This document shows positions 10,397-19,852 of a DNA stretch of 64,000 bases, in pieces; the stretch's first letter is position 1, and each line of letters begins with the position of its first letter. Position numbers and translations under genes: made by a program. Source of the stretch: Ignavibacteriota bacterium (GTDB taxonomy: Bacteria > Bacteroidota > Ignavibacteria > UBA10030). The notes under the pieces were generated by a model. That model saw only the letters and a list, made by a program, of their open reading frames with translations, ran no database searches and was not told the DNA's origin. The stretch is from contig PMZI01000026.1 of NCBI GenBank assembly GCA_003170475.1, forward strand, positions 2,114 to 66,113, in the 5' to 3' direction.

Positions 10397-11881
10397 ATGA
10401 GCAATGTGATTGTCATACTCGGCGCTTCAGGTGATCTGACCGCCCGCAAGCTTATCCCTGCGCTCTATAACAATTTCAAGAAGAAGAGACTGCCGGAAGG
10501 TACTTCCGTTCTCGGCTTCGCCCGACGACCTTATTCGGACGACGATTTCCGTCAGAAGATGAAGGAAGCGGTGTTGACTTTCGAACCGGACGATTTCAAC
10601 GAGGCGGAGTGGGGAAAGTTTTCGAAGCTGTTGTTCTATCAGATGGGCGAGTTTTCGGGTGAAGAGCACTACCGCGCTTTGTCATTGAGAATAAACGATG
10701 TCAGCACATCTCCTCAGAATTGTCTCTTCTATCTCTCTGCGGCACCTGAATTCTATCCGATAATCGTCACGCATCTTGCCGGCGCGAATCTTCTCTCAGA
10801 AACGGAAACGGGCTATCGGCGGGTCATCGTGGAAAAGCCGTTTGGGCGGGATCTCGCATCGGCACTATCGCTCAACAGCGTGCTCCACGGAGCTCTTCAG
10901 GAACATCAGGTCTATCGGATCGATCACTATCTCGGAAAAGAGACTGTTCAGAATGTTGTCGTGTTCCGATTCGGCAATGCCATCTTTGAGCCCCTATGGA
11001 ATAGGAATTATGTGGACCACGTGCAAATCACCGTCGCAGAATCCGTGGGAGTTGAGCATCGGGGGAATTATTATGATACGGCCGGAGTGTTACGCGACAT
11101 GTTTCAAAATCACCTTCTCCAGTTGCTCGCGCTTGTCGCAATGGAGCCGCCGGCTGTCTTTGATGCCGACACGTTGAGAAATGAAAAAGTGAAGGTGCTC
11201 AGCGCCTTGAGAGAAATCTCGCCGGAGCATTCTGCGCTGTCGACAGTGCGAGGGCAGTATGAAGGATATCTCTCCGAGAACGGTGTTGGACAAGACTCGA
11301 GAACCGAGACCTTCGCCGCCGTTCGGCTGTTCATCGACAATTGGCGGTGGCAAGGGGTACCGTTCTATCTGCGATCGGGCAAGCTCTTGAATGAAAAAAT
11401 TTCCGAAATTACGGTACAGTTTCGTCGTCCGCCGACACAGATACTCGATGTTCAAGCGGGGAAAACTGAACTCTTTACGAATCGCCTGAGCATTCAGATT
11501 CAACCGAACGAGGGAATGCATTTGCGCTTTCTTGCAAAAGTGCCGGATGAAGGCATGCAGACACGTCCGGTGGAGATGGCGTTCAACTTTCGGGAATCAT
11601 TCGGGGTGAAGGCAATTCCGGAGGCATACGAGCGACTGTTGTTGGATGCCATGAACGGCGACGCATCTCTCTTTGCCCGGAGCGATGAAATCGAGCTTGC
11701 ATGGAAATTCATCGATAGCATCCGGGAAGGATGGGAAGGCGAACATGCGCCCCCGATCCTTCCATACAGAAAAGGATCCTGGGGCCCGGGTGCCGCAGAT
11801 GATTTGTTGGGGCGTGACGGACGTTGGTGGGTGCATGAGAGCGGAACCGAGGACGGACCGATTGCAGGGCTCATCAAATGA
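10397..11881 (+). CDS. zwf: glucose-6-phosphate 1-dehydrogenase
   Basis: GASGDL, EKPFG, RIDHYLGKE, RDMFQNH, WQGVPFYLRSGK, AYERLL. Confidence 0.97.
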   Translation: MSNVIVILGASGDLTARKLIPALYNNFKKKRLPEGTSVLGFARRPYSDDDFRQKMKEAVLTFEPDDFNEAEWGKFSKLLFYQMGEFSGEEHYRALSLRINDVSTSPQNCLFYLSAAPEFYPIIVTHLAGANLLSETETGYRRVIVEKPFGRDLASALSLNSVLHGALQEHQVYRIDHYLGKETVQNVVVFRFGNAIFEPLWNRNYVDHVQITVAESVGVEHRGNYYDTAGVLRDMFQNHLLQLLALVAMEPPAVFDADTLRNEKVKVLSALREISPEHSALSTVRGQYEGYLSENGVGQDSRTETFAAVRLFIDNWRWQGVPFYLRSGKLLNEKISEITVQFRRPPTQILDVQAGKTELFTNRLSIQIQPNEGMHLRFLAKVPDEGMQTRPVEMAFNFRESFGVKAIPEAYERLLLDAMNGDASLFARSDEIELAWKFIDSIREGWEGEHAPPILPYRKGSWGPGAADDLLGRDGRWWVHESGTEDGPIAGLIK

Positions 11882-12660
11882 GCAGAAAGCTTCGACCATC
11901 CGTACGGACTTTTCTCTCAAACGATCATCTCTCCCTGGGGGCAGCTCAGGAATTTGTTCGCATCGTAAATTCGGCCATTGAAGCTCGTGAAATCTGCACC
12001 GTTGCATTGTCGGGGGGAGAAACGCCGCGCAGCATGTACAGCCGACTGGCAAAGGCCCCCTTCGCTCATTCTGTGGATTGGAGCAAGGTTCATCTGTTCT
12101 TCGGGGACGAGAGAACTGTTCCACCGACCGATCGACAAAGCAATTTCGGAATGGTCGATCATGAGCTACTTTCTCATCTCGACATTCCCGAGGGAAATAT
12201 CCATCGAATCCAGGGAGAGCTCGACCCGGACGAAGCAGCCCATCGCTATCAACAGGAACTTGAGGAAGAGTTCGGGCATCAGGAAGTGCGGTTCGATCTT
12301 GTGTTGTTGGGGTTGGGTGAGGATGGGCACACCGCGTCCTTGTTCCCTCAGACAAAATCGCTCGATGAAGAACAATCTCTGGTTTGTTCTGTGTATGTTC
12401 CTCGACTTGAAAGCTGGCGAATCTCTCTTACCTTCCGCACTCTCAACAACGCGCGTCGGGTGCTGTTCCTGGTAGCAGGAGGGAAGAAGGCGTCGATTCT
12501 TGCACGAGTCCTCGAAGCGAAAGAAGCAACAAAAGAGTTGCCCGCCACTCTCGTAATGCCCAAGGAAGGAACCCTGCTTTGGATGGTTGACCAGGATGCT
12601 GCTATGAGTCTCAGTGATCGTCTCGGGTCCGGCATCGCCGGAACCGCTTCAGACGTATGA
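11878..12660 (+). CDS. pgl: 6-phosphogluconolactonase (DevB type)
   Basis: 'LSGGETP', 'GDERTVP', 'LGLGEDGHTASLFP'; 4-nt overlap with zwf. Confidence 0.95.
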   Translation: MSRKLRPSVRTFLSNDHLSLGAAQEFVRIVNSAIEAREICTVALSGGETPRSMYSRLAKAPFAHSVDWSKVHLFFGDERTVPPTDRQSNFGMVDHELLSHLDIPEGNIHRIQGELDPDEAAHRYQQELEEEFGHQEVRFDLVLLGLGEDGHTASLFPQTKSLDEEQSLVCSVYVPRLESWRISLTFRTLNNARRVLFLVAGGKKASILARVLEAKEATKELPATLVMPKEGTLLWMVDQDAAMSLSDRLGSGIAGTASDV

Positions 12661-12702
12661 ATCCTTCCGGCGTCGTTCCCTCGAGTTTTCTTCCTTACCC
12701 GC

Positions 12703-12731
12703 TTGACTTTTTTCCTTCCTTTGCGTAGCTA
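12703..12731 (+). promoter_or_regulatory. putative promoter TTGACT-N17-TAGCTA
   Basis: Variant of the recurring motif, directly upstream of serA. Confidence 0.5.
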
Positions 12732-12764
12732 TAAATGTTGGCATATCCTTGCACCGGATCGAAA

Positions 12765-13964
12765 ATGAACGCACTTCTTCTCGAAAACATACACGACCGC
12801 GCGATCGCTGGCCTGAAGGCTCATGCGTTAAGCGTAACCACAGAGGCATGCGCGCTTACAGAGGATGAGCTCATCAGCGCGTTGAAAGGCATTTCGATTC
12901 TTGGATTGCGTTCTCGTACGACTCTCTCGAAGCGCGTCCTGGAAAACGCTCCCGATCTGATTGCCGTTGGCGCCTACTGCATCGGTACGAATCAGATTGA
13001 CCTCAATGCTGCATCGTCGAGGGGCATTGCGGTTTTCAACGCACCCTATAGCAACACTCGCAGCGTCGCAGAACTCGTGATTGCGGAAATCATCTTCCTC
13101 ATTCGGCGACTGCATGACAAAGTTGTCAAGGCGCATCACGGCACCTGGGACAAGTCTGCAGGGAATGCGCGAGAGGTACGAGGGAAAAAGCTGGGCATCG
13201 TCGGTTTCGGCAATATCGGATCTCAGGTATCGACTCTTGCCGAAGCGCTGGGGATGGATGTCTACTACTATGACGTCCTGGACAAACTGAATATTGGGAA
13301 CGCAACAAAGGTCTGCAATCTGAGTGATCTCCTGAAGAAGGTCGACATCGTCACGATTCACGTTGATGGCAATCCTGCAAATACCAACCTCATCGACGAA
13401 GAAGAGTTCGCCATCATGAAGGACGGCGTTGTTCTGTTGAACTTGAGCCGTGGTCACGTCGTGAATATCGATGCTCTGGCCAGAAACGTCAAATCCGGCA
13501 AAGTTGCCGGAGCTGCAATCGATGTCTTCCCGAAGGAACCAAGGGACGGAAGCGAACCATTCTCGACGCCGTTGCAGTCTCTTCCCAATGTTATTCTTAC
13601 GCCGCATATCGGTGGAAGCACGGAAGAAGCTCAGGAGAACATTGGGGAATTCGTATCCAACAAACTCGTTGAATATCTTCTTACCGGCAGCACCTTCACC
13701 AGCGTCAATTTCCCGAGGATCAATCTTCCCCGGGCCAACGGTTCACAGGCGCGCCGGTTGCTCCACGTTCACAATAACGTGCCGGGGGTACTGTCTCAGA
13801 TCAACGGCATTTTCGCCAAGAACAATGTTAATGTCGTGGCCCAGTATCTTCGGACGAATGAACTGATCGGCTACGCGATCGCAGACGTCGACAAGGAGTA
13901 CAAAGACTCGCTGCTCGATGACCTGCGAAATGTGGATCATACTATCAAAGTCAGAATCGTGTAG
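12765..13964 (+). CDS. serA: D-3-phosphoglycerate dehydrogenase with C-terminal ACT domain
   Basis: 'GLRSRT', 'CIGTNQ', 'NAPYSNTRSVAE', GFGNIG, 'TPHIGGSTEEAQ', 'HNNVPGVL'; start ATG 12765. Confidence 0.95.
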   Translation: MNALLLENIHDRAIAGLKAHALSVTTEACALTEDELISALKGISILGLRSRTTLSKRVLENAPDLIAVGAYCIGTNQIDLNAASSRGIAVFNAPYSNTRSVAELVIAEIIFLIRRLHDKVVKAHHGTWDKSAGNAREVRGKKLGIVGFGNIGSQVSTLAEALGMDVYYYDVLDKLNIGNATKVCNLSDLLKKVDIVTIHVDGNPANTNLIDEEEFAIMKDGVVLLNLSRGHVVNIDALARNVKSGKVAGAAIDVFPKEPRDGSEPFSTPLQSLPNVILTPHIGGSTEEAQENIGEFVSNKLVEYLLTGSTFTSVNFPRINLPRANGSQARRLLHVHNNVPGVLSQINGIFAKNNVNVVAQYLRTNELIGYAIADVDKEYKDSLLDDLRNVDHTIKVRIV

Positions 13965-14236
13965 ACCGCACTCCGCAGATTCGGCAATCGTAATCATCGC
14001 AGTGTTTTGATCCGCGTTTCTTCGCGATAAGAAGTGTTGTCCCCGTCGCACCCACCATTTTGCCCCGGACGAGGCTAACCTGTGAATGCCCTCCCGATCC
14101 CGCGATGGGGATTCGAGCATCCTCGCGTGGCGAAACCTGGATTTCATTCTATTTTCATGTTGGTCAGCTATATTTAAGCTTTTAACTACCGTCTGTTTTT
14201 CCCTCAATCTGTTGTTCCAACTATTGACATCATTCT

Positions 14237-16660
14237 ATGCTCCTCAAGTCTTCACTCCGGATCGCAATCGTTTGCCTTTTTCTGACTCTCAGCCTTTTTT
14301 CACAGAACCTCAAGCAAGGAGCGATCTCCGGAACGGTCGTTGACAAAGCCACGAGCCGACCAATGGAATTCGTCAATGTCGTCCTACGCAACAAGGCCGA
14401 TAGTGCCATTGTCGCTGGAACAGAGACGGACACAAAGGGGAAATTTAGCTTCATCGATGTGTCTCCGGGTGAGTACTTTATACGACTGAGCTTCATCGGA
14501 TACGCCGAACGATTCACCTCGTATCACAAAATCGATGCCCGCAATTCCAGCTGGAACCTTGGGTCCGTTCCCCTGATAGAGTCATCAGTGAATCTTGACG
14601 AAGTCGTCGTGACGGGACAAAAAGCTCTCTTCAACAATTCAGTCGACCGAAAAATCTACAACATCGGTCAGGACATCATGAGCAAATCGGGATCGACGAG
14701 TGAGTTGCTGCAGAACATTCCATCGGTGGAAGTGGATATCGATGGGAATGTGAGTCTGAGGGGTTCCTCCGGCGTCTTGATCTTGATCAATGGCAAGACT
14801 TCTCCACTCATGGCAAAGAGCAGTGCCACGGTCTTGCAGCAGATGCCTGCGAGTTCCATCGAGAGAATTGAAATCATCACGAATCCGTCTGCCAAGTACA
14901 AACCCGACGGAGCGTCCGGGATTATCAATATTGTGCTGAAGAAGAACATCGGTATGGGGACGAACGGAAGCGTTGCCGCGAACGTCGGCAATAAGAACCG
15001 CGCCAATGGCAATCTACGACTCACGTACAATCCGGGTGATCTGAATCTCTTTGCCAACTACAGTCTGCGTGCGGACAGCCGGAACCGAATCAACTCCGAT
15101 ACGCGCCGTCAAGTCGACTCCGCTTCTGTCACAACCTTCTATCGGGATAATCTGTTCTCCTACGCCAATCCGCTTTCTCATATGGTCTCGGCGGGAGGCG
15201 ACTACAACTTCGATGATTTCTGGAGCGCCGGAATATCGGGCAACTACTTCCACAACGGATTTACCAGGTCTGAACAATCACTGAAGATCTTGCAGGACAG
15301 CAACCATGTGACGACGAACAATTATGGGCGCAATCGATGGGACAATCAGTATGAGGAGGAGGGTGGCCTTAAAGCCTTCGTCGAGCACAAGTTTGCGAAA
15401 AAGGATCACAAGCTTCGGCTGGAATTCAACTACTCCCGTGCCCCGGAACAGGAAAACAATCACTATACAGATATCTTCTGGTCTCCCCCGGAGCCGAATC
15501 AATTTGACAACACGCTCCTCAAGACTGCTGAAAAGAAGACCGAGCTGAGCGCAGACTATTCAAATCCGCTCACCGAGGAATCGACCCTCGAGGCAGGGTA
15601 CGCAGGTGAATTCAACAACGTCGACATGGATTTGTACGCAGAACTCTTCGATGGGGTTCAGAACCGATTCATCAAGGACCTCACACGATCGAACAGATTC
15701 ATCTTTGACCAAAATGTCCACGCTTTCTACGCCTCGTATCAACAATCTTTGGGAAGTTTCGGTTTGATGGGAGGACTCAGGGCCGAGCAGTCATACGTGA
15801 CCTCCAACCTGGTGACGCTGGATTCGATCATCTCGAACCGTTACTTCAACGTCTATCCCTCGGTCCATCTGTCATATAAACTCAACGAGGCAGCCGAACT
15901 ACGGCTGAGCTACAGCCGCCGTACTCATCGACCAGAGGGAGACGACCTCAATCCCTTTCCAGAGTACCGCGATCCGCGCACTATCTCCGCCGGAAACCCG
16001 AAACTTCTTCCTGAGTTTTCTCATTCCGTCGAACTGGGCTGCAAGTTCGAGACGGATCAGTTGTCGTTTCTGCCGGCTCTCTATTACCGGTACACGTATA
16101 ACCGGTTCTCATCCATCATCCTGCCGGTCAATGATTCAACTCTGCTGACGACAAAAATCAACCTGGCGAGCGATCAGGCTACCGGTCTTGAGGTTGTTCT
16201 CTCAGGGGGCATCAACGAGATCCTCTCCGCTCACGCAAGCGCCAACGTGTTCTTTAATCAGATCGATGCTTCGAATCTTGGATACAGTCAGGACAAGTCG
16301 ACCACGAGCTGGAGTGGGGCAATGACGCTCAATGTCAATGCAACGAAGACCTCCATGGTGCAGATGAATGCCAATTATAACTCGCGCAGGTTGACGCCGC
16401 AAGGGGAAAATCTTCCGACGTACGTCGTCAACTTGGGGATTCGCCAGGAGCTGTTCGAGAACAAGGTCACGATGGTTCTGACGGTCGCTGATCTGTTCAA
16501 TACGCTCAAGCGCACCACCGAGGTGAACACCCCGTTTTTGAATCAAACACTTGTGAATGCACGTGATGCAAGGATTGTTTATTTTGGATTTACCTACTAC
16601 TTTGGGACGCAGAGGAAGAAGTCCAAAGAAGAGACAATCAAATATGACGACGGCATCTGA
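14237..16660 (+). CDS. TonB-dependent receptor-like outer membrane beta-barrel protein
   Basis: Signal peptide, carboxypeptidase-regulatory-like N-domain, plug motif 'IERIEIITNPSAKY...GIINIVLKK', 'GNPKLLPE'. Confidence 0.88.
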   Translation: MLLKSSLRIAIVCLFLTLSLFSQNLKQGAISGTVVDKATSRPMEFVNVVLRNKADSAIVAGTETDTKGKFSFIDVSPGEYFIRLSFIGYAERFTSYHKIDARNSSWNLGSVPLIESSVNLDEVVVTGQKALFNNSVDRKIYNIGQDIMSKSGSTSELLQNIPSVEVDIDGNVSLRGSSGVLILINGKTSPLMAKSSATVLQQMPASSIERIEIITNPSAKYKPDGASGIINIVLKKNIGMGTNGSVAANVGNKNRANGNLRLTYNPGDLNLFANYSLRADSRNRINSDTRRQVDSASVTTFYRDNLFSYANPLSHMVSAGGDYNFDDFWSAGISGNYFHNGFTRSEQSLKILQDSNHVTTNNYGRNRWDNQYEEEGGLKAFVEHKFAKKDHKLRLEFNYSRAPEQENNHYTDIFWSPPEPNQFDNTLLKTAEKKTELSADYSNPLTEESTLEAGYAGEFNNVDMDLYAELFDGVQNRFIKDLTRSNRFIFDQNVHAFYASYQQSLGSFGLMGGLRAEQSYVTSNLVTLDSIISNRYFNVYPSVHLSYKLNEAAELRLSYSRRTHRPEGDDLNPFPEYRDPRTISAGNPKLLPEFSHSVELGCKFETDQLSFLPALYYRYTYNRFSSIILPVNDSTLLTTKINLASDQATGLEVVLSGGINEILSAHASANVFFNQIDASNLGYSQDKSTTSWSGAMTLNVNATKTSMVQMNANYNSRRLTPQGENLPTYVVNLGIRQELFENKVTMVLTVADLFNTLKRTTEVNTPFLNQTLVNARDARIVYFGFTYYFGTQRKKSKEETIKYDDGI

Positions 16661-16706
16661 CAAGATCCGTCCCGATCGGTATTCAATCTTTGAATCGGAG
16701 GAAGCA

Positions 16707-17168
16707 ATGAGGAGGAGCAACTGGAGTCGATATCTGTGTGTCGCCGCGTTTGGGTGTGTCGGCTTGCTTCGCGCAGAAGGGCAGACCAAACCGGCCGTTC
16801 AAAAGAACGCAGACAGTGTGCGATACAATATCGACAACTGCGTGAACGAATTCGACGGGAAGAAATCCGAGAAAACTGAGGCCGGGTATCAATATTGGTT
16901 CGTGAACAAAGATCTGGCTGACGGGAAGACGCTGAAGATGAGCGTCGTGAAGCCACACTCGGCAACGCACCCACCCCACAGCCATCCAGAGGATGAGTTC
17001 TTTTTTGTGCTGGAAGGAAAGGTTGAGTTCTATCTCAACGGTAGAACGAAGGTGGCCGGTCCGTTTTCAAGCCTCTACTGTCCGTCGAATGTTGAGCATG
17101 GAATCCGGAATGTCGGAGATACCGAGGCGAAGTACCTCGTGATAAAGAAATATGAGGCCGAGAAGTGA
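16707..17168 (+). CDS. cupin domain protein, probably exported
   Basis: 'HPPHSHPEDEFFFVLEG' and 'PSNVEHGIRN' cupin motifs; ATG 16707 preceded by GGAGG; signal-like N-terminus. Confidence 0.8.
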   Translation: MRRSNWSRYLCVAAFGCVGLLRAEGQTKPAVQKNADSVRYNIDNCVNEFDGKKSEKTEAGYQYWFVNKDLADGKTLKMSVVKPHSATHPPHSHPEDEFFFVLEGKVEFYLNGRTKVAGPFSSLYCPSNVEHGIRNVGDTEAKYLVIKKYEAEK

Positions 17169-17190
17169 TTGGTTGACTGGTTAATTGATT

Positions 17191-17412
17191 AGAACTCATC
17201 TCAAAAATACCCCCAAAGGACGGATTGTCATTCCCGCATGTCTTAGGCGGCCTGCCCGCCTCTAAAGTTCTCGCGGGGCAGGCGGGGAATCCAGAACATA
17301 GATTGTAGCGGCTTTGGGCAAATATTATGCTCTCTTCTGCACTCCCGACAGAAGCATTTCTCGAAGGGATCCCTTCGGGACGGGAGTGACATCCATTTTT
17401 GAGATAGCTTCT
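17191..17412. mobile_element. MITE-like non-coding element with imperfect 18-bp terminal inverted repeats containing REP-like palindromes
   Basis: Left end AGAACTCATCTCAAAAAT vs right end ATTTTTGAGATAGCTTCT (15/18 complementary); internal GTCATTCCCG...CGGGAGTGAC inverted pair. Confidence 0.6.
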
Positions 17413-17462
17413 CATTAGTTGATTGGATAATTGGTCTCAACGCCAATTAACCACTCACCAAC

Positions 17463-18518
17463 TCACTCCTCACCGAGAGTCACTGTCCTTCGCTCCTCGT
17501 TGCTTCTCTTCGCCGCTTCGATGATCCGGATGACGTTGAGCGCATCCTCCGGATCCACCGGTGGCTTGGTGTGATGAACAATGCAATCGTAGACATCAGT
17601 GTAGAACGCGCTATAATTTCCCGGCTTTGATTCAACGATCACCTTCCGTTGTGTGCCGTTGACCTCGGTGTTCAGCAGCCCCCACCATTCCTGTGATTCC
17701 TTTCCCCAATCGGCTCCACCGGGAACTTTGCCTTGTTTCAAAGCTTCTTCCTGAGGATCAAGGCCGTGCTTGATGAAAGATCCAAGCGTCCCATGCAGGA
17801 TGTAACGCGGCCCCAACTCCCTTACCAGGTAACTGCTTCTTGTGGAAACGATGAGTTCGAGGTAATGAAGTTTGATGTCATACCAGTCGTCGACTTCACC
17901 GCGGTTCCTCACAATCCGAGTGAGCGCAGTCACTGCCTCCGGCATGCCGAAAAGAACTAGCGCCTGGTCGATCATGTGAGATCCGAGATTGTACAGGAGT
18001 CCGGCTCCCGCCTCCGCCTGCTCTTTCCATGTGTCCGGCTGAATGGCATATCTGTAGCGGTCGAAATGTGATTCGAAGTCAACAAGTCGGCCGAGCATCT
18101 TCTTCTTGACGACCTCCTGGACCGTGAGAAAGTCTGCGTCCCAGCGGCGGTTTTGGAAGACAGTCAACATCAATCTCTTTTCTCGCGCCAAGGCAACGAG
18201 TTCCTCCCCCTGTGCCACCGTCTGTGTGAACGGTTTTTCGACGACAACGTGCTTCCCAGCCTGAAGTGCCTTTTTGACGAGTTCACAATGTGTCTGGTCC
18301 GGAGTATTGACGATAAGCAGCTCAATGTCATCGTCTCCCAGAAGATCGTCGAAGGATCGCGAAACGATTGAATCGGGATACAGTGTGGGAGCTTCGTCCT
18401 TGCTTCGTTCCACGATCCGTTTGATGGTAAAGTTCGCGTGATGGTGAAGAAGAGGTCCGTGGAATACCTTTCCCGACATTCCAAATGAGGCAAGTCCGAC
18501 GCATATTCTCCGATTCAT
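17463..18518 (-). CDS. Gfo/Idh/MocA family oxidoreductase (YdgJ/IolW-like)
   Basis: 'HVVVEKP', 'FQNRRWDADF', 'ESHFDRYR', 'LGSHMIDQA', 'GLDPQE'. Confidence 0.9.
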   Translation of the reverse strand: MNRRICVGLASFGMSGKVFHGPLLHHHANFTIKRIVERSKDEAPTLYPDSIVSRSFDDLLGDDDIELLIVNTPDQTHCELVKKALQAGKHVVVEKPFTQTVAQGEELVALAREKRLMLTVFQNRRWDADFLTVQEVVKKKMLGRLVDFESHFDRYRYAIQPDTWKEQAEAGAGLLYNLGSHMIDQALVLFGMPEAVTALTRIVRNRGEVDDWYDIKLHYLELIVSTRSSYLVRELGPRYILHGTLGSFIKHGLDPQEEALKQGKVPGGADWGKESQEWWGLLNTEVNGTQRKVIVESKPGNYSAFYTDVYDCIVHHTKPPVDPEDALNVIRIIEAAKRSNEERRTVTLGEE

Positions 18519-18704
18519 AGTCTTCTGTCATTATCGTTGTTGTGAAGAAGCGACTGTTCACACCGAATATAAGGATATTTTGCAGGGATGAGAACATCGG
18601 CGGGGTGAGTGCCTTCCTCCTACGATTACTCCATTCGAGGCAGGAGAAAAAGACATTAAGTTGTATATTGTTCCAAACACAAACTGAACACTGAAAGTGA
18701 GCAT

Positions 18705-19793
18705 ATGCAAATCGGCATTGTTGGACTCCCATTTTGCGGCAAATCAACCCTGTTTCAGACCATCACAAAGACGCACCTTGATCCTTCGGTCCTGTCAAAA
18801 GCAGAAGCTCATCACGCCATCGTCAAAGTCCCTGATGCACGGCTGGACAAGTGTTCAGCAATTTTCTCTCCCAAAAGCACGGTCCATGCGACAATCGAGT
18901 TTGTCGATGTCGTCGGGCTAAAAAAGGGAGAGTCGGGATCGACACAATTCACTACGAATTTTCTCTCAAACGTCAAGACAAACGACGCCCTCGTGCAGGT
19001 TGTCCGCCTGTTTGCCAATGACGTTGTCCCCCATCCAGATGGGTCGATTGACGCGATGAGAGACATCGTTGCCTTCGAGGTGGAGTTCATCCTCTCAGAT
19101 CTTTCGCTGGTAGAGACGCGCGTTGACAGGATTAAAAAGCAGCTCCTCAAAAGCGGAGGCGACGAGAACGTGAAGCGCGAGCTGCCTGTGCTCGAAAAGT
19201 GTCGCCAGGCGCTCGAGGCTGAGAAGCCTCTGCGCGAAGTGGATTTCACCAAAGAGGAGATGGGTGTGCTCCGCACGTACCAGCTCCTGTCAGTCAAGCC
19301 GATGTTGATTGCTTTGAACTTTGACGAGTCTCAACGTGCAGATGCCGCCTCTATCGTCAAGCAAGTGGCAGATAAGAAGTCCGGCAAGCAGACGAAGATC
19401 GTTTCTTTCTTCGGTAAGATAGAACTGGAAATGTCGGAACTCCCGGACGAAGAGACGACCGTGTTCATGGAAGAATACGGCATCAAGGAGTCGGCGCTTG
19501 GGACATTGATCAGAGAATCATATGCACTCATGGGGCTCCAATCCTTCTTCACCGTGGGCGAAGATGAATGCAGAGCATGGACAATCAAGAGAGGCATGAC
19601 AGCGCAGGAAGCAGCCGGTGTCATCCACTCGGATTTCGTTACAAAATTCATCCGGGCAGAAGTTGTTCAGTACGATCATTTCATCGCGCTGGGCGGTTCT
19701 TTTGCCAAAGCCAAAGAGAGCGGGCAGTGGAGGTTGGAAGGAAAAGAATACGTCGTGAACGATGGGGACATCATGTCGATACGACACAGCTGA
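18705..19793 (+). CDS. ychF: redox-regulated ATPase YchF (Obg family)
   Basis: GLPFCGKST, 'EFVDVVGL', 'FFTVGEDECRAWT', 'AGVIHSDF', 'EGKEYVV.DGD'. Confidence 0.95.
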   Translation: MQIGIVGLPFCGKSTLFQTITKTHLDPSVLSKAEAHHAIVKVPDARLDKCSAIFSPKSTVHATIEFVDVVGLKKGESGSTQFTTNFLSNVKTNDALVQVVRLFANDVVPHPDGSIDAMRDIVAFEVEFILSDLSLVETRVDRIKKQLLKSGGDENVKRELPVLEKCRQALEAEKPLREVDFTKEEMGVLRTYQLLSVKPMLIALNFDESQRADAASIVKQVADKKSGKQTKIVSFFGKIELEMSELPDEETTVFMEEYGIKESALGTLIRESYALMGLQSFFTVGEDECRAWTIKRGMTAQEAAGVIHSDFVTKFIRAEVVQYDHFIALGGSFAKAKESGQWRLEGKEYVVNDGDIMSIRHS

Positions 19794-19852
19794 GAAATTC
19801 TCATGTGTGACCGCACTCTCCGGGAACTGAAGGCCGTTGAACTAAGGAACTA

